Source: Octopus bimaculoides
Lineage: Eukaryota
Length of the DNA: 43,791 nt
Reading direction: 5' to 3'
Assembly (NCBI RefSeq): GCF_001194135.2
Contig: NC_068986.1
Location: 98,432,402 to 98,476,192, forward strand
Part shown: piece after piece, positions 37,166-43,791 of the stretch
Position numbering within the stretch: position 1 is the stretch's first letter
How the letters are laid out: every line of letters starts with the position of its first letter
Translations under genes and position numbers: made by a program
The notes under the pieces: generated by a model
What the model saw: the letters and a program-made list of their open reading frames with translations, nothing else
Databases searched by the model: none
What the model was told of the DNA's origin: nothing

Positions 37166-39146
37166 CCATGGAAATGTCTGGTTAGATTAACATTTCATTG
37201 ATTAAAGTTTCTGTACAGTTCATTATTTTGGTACGATAATTTTTCTACAGACATCAAATCAGCTTTTCTGCTTGGCTAATTGTTTCTCCGTTCTTTCTAA
37301 CGCTCCGCCCACTCTATCTATACGTCCTTATTTCCATCTTTATAGCTATCATCTCTCTATCTAAAACTCCTCTATCAGTCCGTCTGTCTAACCGTCTATC
37401 TTTACAATTTATCTGTCAATCTATGTAACTATCCATCTTTATCTTTTCTCTGTATATGTATTTACAATCCCTGCGACTTAACATTACTACTCTAAAAGTT
37501 TACTCGTACAGAACCATTTAATGAAACTACTAATCTTTCTCTCTTCATTTAACTTTCTGGGCAGATTTCCTCAAAGAATTTCGCACTATATATTTACATG
37601 CTTGAGATACTGAAGTCGAATGTCCTATTTTCTATCTTTCATTCAGGAGAGAAGGCAACGTCCATAACCCTTTATAAGGCCTCCGAAACTGTTGGAAAAG
37701 AGATAGAAGGGTATCATGAAACAGAGTCCAAGTGCTTTGCAACGGCCTTGGTTCCTCTTAGGTCAGCCGTGTTTTCTAGATTGAAATGTTAAACCAAGCG
37801 ACGTTTGACAATCGTAGCGGTTGAGGTCATGGTGGGATTTGAAATCAGAATACAAAACACCAGATCCCATGTTCCGGAATTTTGTCTTTTACAAATATCT
37901 CTTTCTCACTTCCTCTTTCGCTTTCTATATATGTATGTGTGCGTATGTACGTGGGGTTGTATGTACGTGTGTGTATGTGTGTCTGTGTGTGTGCATGCAC
38001 GCGTGTGTGTTTGGGCTTTAAGAACTTTTGTTTATGCATTTTTTGTTATATGGTCAAGAATAGCAATAAAGTTAATTATAAAACATAGCTGAATCAACAC
38101 ACGTAATTCTTCCAACAATATTCCAGCTCAAAACCTTTACAAGACAAACCAGAGCAGCAAACATGGTTTTTGAACCTAAAGAATGGATAGGGAACCATTC
38201 AGGTTATGGTCATCACTAATATAGAGTAGTCTATGACAAATGATAAGAAGTATATGTCGTATTATCAAAGAATGGTTTTTGAAAATATTTATAAATTATA
38301 AAAAGAAGAATGTAGAAAACCGAAGAAATTATATTTCTCCAACCGGTTCTGCAGATACAAAGAGGAAATTCGGAAGGAATATCCTTAGGAGAACCCCTCA
38401 GGAAGAAAGATAAAATAATGTTACCATCAAAAGTCCTAAAGTAACCACAATGACAAAAAAAAATGGCATCAGAGGGGCGATGGATACCCTGCGCGCACAC
38501 AAGGGTAAAACCAAATTTAATTTAATAAATATATTCTCAGGGAAATTCATATTTCAGCAAAATGACATCAAGAATTTTTTCCCCCTGCTTGTTGTTTATG
38601 CATATGTAACAAAGAAAAGAAAACAATTTGATTCTCCCGTCTGTCAGTTTTGAAGATAATCAAACTAATATTCAACGAGTTTCTGTTAAATGTGGTGAAA
38701 ATCTGTTCAGCCGTATTCTAGTAATTTTGCAAACACACAGGCAAAGACGAGCGCCTACAATATCACATTTTTGTTTATGCATGCAGGGTTAATAAGTCTC
38801 AAACGCAAAAATTCAGTACGAGATGATGGTCAAAAGTTCCGCAGATATTGAAATTAAGAGGACATGATCCTGATATAGATTCACAACCTGAAGAATAAGA
38901 AAACCAATGATTGTCCAAAAGAAAAAAAATCAATATTTAATCAGTTTTCGCAACGAGAGAACAATTAAATTTTAGGAAAAACATATGTTTGAAATGCTAA
39001 CAAAAGCAACTGAATATTGGTGCTCGCAACTATGAATATAAAAACTTATCATATCCAGCAATCTAAAACTTTGATAGATGCTTTTTAGATTCATCAAAAT
39101 GAACATGCTTACCAGATGGAACAATCAAAACGTAAGAAAACTAACA

Positions 39147-39309
39147 GGGGCAGGAATGGCTGTGTTGTAAGTAGCTTACTTGCCAACCACATGGTTCTGG
39201 GTTCAGTCCCACTGCGTGGCACCTTGGGCAACTGTCTTCTACTATAGCCTCGGGCCGACCAAAGCCTTGTGAGTGGATTTGGTAGACGGAAACTGAAACA
39301 CGCCCGTCG

Positions 39310-39347
<38 letters not shown>

Positions 39348-39370
39348 TGTGTGTGTGTGTGTGTCTGTGT

Positions 39371-39410
<40 letters not shown>

Positions 39411-39660
39411 GTGTGTGTGTGTGTTTGTGTGTGTACGTGCGTGTGTGTGTGTTTGTGTGTCTGTGTTTGTCCCCCTAGCATCGCTTCACAACCGATGCTG
39501 GTGTGTTTACGTACCCGTAACTTAACGGTTCGGCAAAAGAGACCGATAGAATAAGTACTAGGCTTACAAAGAATAAGTTCTGGGGTCGATTTGCTCGACT
39601 AAAGGCGGTGCTCCAGCATGGCCGCAGTCAAATGACTGAAACAAGTAAAAGAATAAAAAA
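39147..39660 (+). mobile_element. Full-length composite SINE with internal (TG)n
   Basis: tRNA-like head (ggctgtgttgtaag...gggttcagtccc), ccttgggcaa domain, about 155-bp microsatellite, then ...aaggcggtgctccagcatggccgcagtcaaatgactgaaacaagtaaaag tail. Confidence 0.94.
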
Positions 39661-39899
39661 GTAATAAATTTATATTAATAAAAAGAAAAATAGTTAAAAG
39701 AAGAATCAAACACGCAAAGAATCATAAATTTACAGCATCTCAACCAAATTGTTTTCGAAAAATTAAAACTCACAAAGAAATTGTTTGATAAAGACGACGA
39801 TGAATTTATATTGAAAGAAAGCAAATATGATATATCAATATACAGGAATAGAGAACTTAATTTCTTTGATCATATAATTTACTTTACATTCGATTTTCT

Positions 39900-41150
39900 A
39901 CTGGAAAAGTAATATACGTTCTAATTTTAGCAACAGAATGAGAAAAATATTAAATCATTGAAAACTGATTCCGAATTTATCTTAAACTGATAAAGGAAGT
40001 GTTATAATTATAATGGATACAGGCTGCAATATAAATTCTCGCGTCATCCGTACTTAAAAACTTGTTCCAACCAATTTATACAGTAAAGGCATAATCGATA
40101 AGAATTGCGACTAATAAGACAAGTACAAGTAATGTTGATTACCAAAAATCTACGAATGTAATTTTATAAGAGATGCATGTAAATAACTGACACCCGTTTT
40201 TAAATGTTCCATTAAAATGAAGACCAGTAGCGGAAAGTACTTCCTGTGAAACCCATCAATTGATTAGAACATTAGATATATTACTGAAACCATGTTTGAA
40301 ACATATACAGAGATACATAAGTGATAACCTATCCAAGTCTTCTCTTATAAACTTTTATGTATGGCGAAAGATAAAACATTTATAGCTTCATGAGATGTGT
40401 TTAACAGTCAACGAATGAACAATATGAAATTCTAATAATGGTATGTAAACAGATCGCCAAACTACATAGGAAAAATATTATTGAAAACGTCAACTAATTC
40501 TACATCTAACATCTTTAATTTTGACCAAGAGAGATACAGGCTAAAACATGGAACAACAATCGGAACCAAGTTAACTGTATTGTGCTAAAATGGTATAAAA
40601 GTATAAGATAATCTCGGCCAAAATATGGAAATTACTTTTTGCATTTACTAAAAGGAGATTGCAGAAGATATTTATATGATGGTCTTTAACCTAAAGGGGA
40701 AAAAAGAGGCTTAGATAGAATTACCGAAATTAAGATACTCATGAACAGTTTTAACAATAACATCCAATTTACTATAGTGTATAGCAAAGATAAATTACTC
40801 TATTTACAAAAACATATGGGCTATAAAAAAATCCTGGATATGCGTGAGATAGATTTATATTAAAAGCCAACAAACTCGAGGCAATGTGTTCTCTGTAATT
40901 CATATCATTCAAAATATGGGAAACCCAATATTCCGTTCAAACTAATTGAAATAATATATACTTTCATATCAAATACGAAACCTGAAGAGAAAAGACTAAC
41001 AGAAGTAAAAGGTAGTTCAACTGAAAGATGTTATGCACTCTCATTAAAATAACTAATCAGAGTGTGCAGAGGCAACAGATATCTACGATTTACAAACTTC
41101 AAATGCTCCACTTTACCTTTTAACATTTAAGCCTATCAATATTCATCAAA
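39900..41150 (+). mobile_element. Penelope-like reverse transcriptase remnant
   Basis: TDKGSVIIIMD; LDILLKPCLKHIQRYI; FNFDQERYRLKHGTTIGTK (similar to F.F....Y.Q..GT.MG); FNNNIQFT....KDKLLYL (similar to IQFT.E...LPFLD); KPTNSRQ...NSYHSK..KPNIPFKL. Confidence 0.85.
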
Positions 41151-41152
41151 AG

Positions 41153-41518
41153 TTATTACCTCCGACTTCGCTAAGGCGGAGGTATTTTCAGTCGTGTTTC
41201 TTTGTTTGTTTGTCCGTGAACAAGATATCTGGAGAACTGCTGGATAGGTTCGATAGATTCAGGGATGTTTGGCCTGATGACTGGCATGAATTCATTAGAT
41301 TTTGGAAGTGACCTGGTACCGGACAAGGATTCTGGATTATTTTTCCGTTTCTTTTACTTCATTTTTTAGAGCGGTCGAGTTCATATTTAGCATTCTCGTT
41401 TGTGAGAGCAGACGATTTTGTTTCAGATATTCTCATTTTAATAATCATCTCTGGATCATCGTTGAGAAAACGTTGGTGTTACCTTGGTGGAGGTTTGCGG
41501 TCTCTCAAAACTCTTGTT
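41153..41518 (+). mobile_element. Helentron-associated non-autonomous element (HINE/DINE-like)
   Basis: 5' tacctccgac...ggcggaggta hairpin/subTIR (41157-41184), then a (tttg)n seed, then 3' subTIR ggtggaggt plus a degenerate terminal hairpin and tt. Confidence 0.72.
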
Positions 41519-41519
41519 A

Positions 41520-41990
41520 ATCTTAAAATACGATCCAAGAATGAGAAGAATTCTTTTCAGCCAACAAATCAATTAAAAAAGTCATTAAAAGTAGCAGAAG
41601 TTTAATTACCTACAAAGAATTTTGCATTGAAAACAACAGTTCAAAAATGCATGCTGAAACTATTAATTGTCTGAAGGTTTGGATTTTTGTATAAAAACTT
41701 CACAAAATGTCAACATAAAGATAATTTAACCTACTCATCTGGCATCTTTATAGTATACTACGCCGTATGTGTTACGAGAAGTAAGTCAAGCAGGCATATC
41801 ATTAATTAAACGGTTATCGACAACACATAGGTGATAGAAAAACTAGGATAAGGTCACTTAAAATTTGGATCAATGTACTGGAACTTGGCCGTGGCCCAAT
41901 TTTAATCTATTCCCACAATTTATAGACATACGTCTTATTTTGAGACAAAAAATCACGGAGGAGACCAATACACCTATAGAATCTTATGTA
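41520..41990 (+). mobile_element. Continuation of the Penelope element (GIY-YIG region, decayed)
   Basis: Resumes after the HINE; contains ...LNGYRQHI (similar to L..R...HR.HI). Confidence 0.5.
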
Positions 41991-42169
41991 TTGAAGCTTT
42001 GATATTGTCGTTCCTTCGTGGACGATTGCTGTATCTGACCGAGCGACGCACAAGCGGAAATGTTTGGCTTAATGAAACTATTTTGAGAGTAACTGTATTC
42101 TACGTACAGAGTATATATATATCTACGGTGGTGATTACTGCCATCACCCCTTAACGAGATGCTCTGAGT

Positions 42170-42560
42170 TATTGTTGGCATTTATCAACGCCCAGAATTT
42201 TATACCAATTTTAGAAACAGGTACACAAACCACAAGGTTTCTTTCCGACATATGGACAAGAATAAAGTCACAAAATATGGCTTGCTCTTTTAGGGATCTG
42301 AAGACCGTCTGCATACGATATACACTCAAGTGGAGAAATCCACACCATATATAAATGGATCAAAGAGATGCAAGTTATGTGTAGCCGAAAACCTTACTTT
42401 CTTTTAGATCCAAATTTTTGCCACACTACCTAATTCCTGATCTAAAACTTTTAGCAATTGCAAGCACATGGGCAAATTTCTTTTGTCGAACTCGATTACA
42501 CCACCCTTTCCGAATTAGGCATGCTACATCTCATAATTTGGTTTTCTCATAGTTGAACTC
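42170..42560 (+). mobile_element. Second Penelope-like GIY-YIG C-terminus (Neptune-type pattern)
   Basis: FRNRYTNHK.LSDIW..IK; PYINGSKRCKLCVAEN...S*SKTFSNCKHMGKFLLSN (similar to Y.NGSKRC.LCL.EK...CRH..KF.L.N). Confidence 0.8.
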
Positions 42561-42959
42561 TTCTACACCTGCTATATTAATCATGATTCCAGACTGTCAA
42601 ATGAAAAACAGGTCTTGGATTTCTTTCCTTTCGTTCGTTTTTTTATATGTCTTTTATTTTCTCGTCCAGTTCTGTTTCATTCCAAATTTGCATTCACCTT
42701 TCTCTTGTGTTCTCCCATGTTTTCTCATAAACCAACGTACTTACTCGGATGCACAAATAAAACTAGGTATGCTGTGAATTCGATATTGAATAATTTCTTA
42801 GAATCAGAAGATATGGTGTATAAATCAGCCGAATTACTATTTCCACGCCAGGAACATATTAGGAGCTCATATTTAAATTCAGTGTATGTTAAATTTATCT
42901 CTCACTGGATGATGTACTTTTTCGTGGGACCTAATAACAATGAGATAGTAAACAGCATA

Positions 42960-43041
42960 TACACAAACACACACACACATATATGCAGGCACACACAAAT
43001 GCACAAACATACATGCACATTTGCACACATACACATGCACG

Positions 43042-43095
<54 letters not shown>
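42960..43095. repeat. (CA)/(TA)n microsatellite
   Basis: Directly visible. Confidence 0.95.
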
Positions 43096-43097
<2 letters not shown>

Positions 43098-43481
43098 CGA
43101 GTTAGAAAACAGAGAGATCTAGTAGATTCAAATTAATTTATTAATTAATCAACATATTCACCTACAATTGTTTTGTATTAGCAGTTTTGTTTGTGAAATG
43201 AAACAATTGTAGATGAATATGTTGATTAATTAACAAAATAATTAATAATTAATAAAATGATTTGTATCCATTAGACCTCTGTTTTCTAACTCGTAAATAA
43301 TGTTTGATATTTTACGATATTTTATATGATATATTTATTTAAGAAATATCCCTACAAAATATTATATATTAAACCAGGGTATCTTCGATTAATATCCTTA
43401 TAAGAGAATTAAATATCTTCATTGTGACTATATTCATATATACATACATATATATATATGTATGTTAAAGTCTGTCATACC

Positions 43482-43521
43482 GGCCATGACGAAGGGAAAT
43501 AGTCCTGAAACTCGAGTCGCC
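43482..43521 (+). ncRNA. Minimal type-I hammerhead-like motif
   Basis: GGC-c-AUGACGA-AGGG(aaaua g)UCCU-GAAA-C(UCGA)G-UC-GCC. 3-bp stem I, 4-bp stem II, 1-bp helix III with palindromic UCGA loop, GUC cleavage triplet; core position 3 is variant. Confidence 0.65.
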
Positions 43522-43791
43522 TTTATATATTTATATTTATATATTTGATCCTTTATATTGAACACTCAATATTTCATGTACATTCAATACTTTCTTTCAT
43601 GGTGCCATCCATTTTTATTTTTATTTTATTTTATTTTATATTGTATATTGTATATTATATTATATATTGTATATTCCATATTCTATACCCCACATTGGTT
43701 CTGCAGGAATATAAATAAAACATAAAAAACAGACAGTGTTGGAACTCTTTTAAACAAAATAATATATATATAAGCAATGTTAATTCTCTAA

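Noticed and set aside
38231-38500. 89-aa ORF with a hydrophobic stretch
   Set aside because: The hydrophobicity follows from T-rich composition; no family motif.
41273-41300. ctgatga heptamer inside the HINE
   Set aside because: No stem II-GAAA-UH continuation.
533-43136. Dozens of ORFs rich in YI/CV/HT/YVCM/LS repeats or X runs
   Set aside because: They are translations of microsatellites and N-gaps, not genes.
1-43791. CRISPR arrays, operons or prokaryotic defence systems
   Set aside because: The sequence is eukaryotic and has no regularly spaced repeat-spacer array.

Overview
This is AT-rich, repeat-saturated eukaryotic DNA with 9 N-gaps. It is almost certainly cephalopod and probably octopus, judging by the SINE families and the very dense TA/CA/GATA/CATA microsatellites; that assignment is my inference. 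I find no confidently supportable host protein-coding gene, and most ORFs in the supplied track are microsatellite or gap artefacts. The window is a transposon graveyard. DNA elements: a decayed Tc1 (DD34E) element with both TIRs, several mariner remnants plus a MITE, a DD37D/maT-like element and a Helentron-type HINE. Retroelements: RTE and CR1 LINE fragments, several Penelope-like (RT/GIY-YIG) remnants and at least three tRNA-derived SINE families. The most interesting signal is RNA-level. There is a recognisable HDV-like ribozyme fold at the 5' end of an RTE element, and several minimal or permuted hammerhead-like motifs in short Penelope-associated modules embedded in (TA)n tracts. These ribozyme classes are known; their activity here is untested. 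All translations and pairings were read by eye, so boundaries are approximate unless stated.
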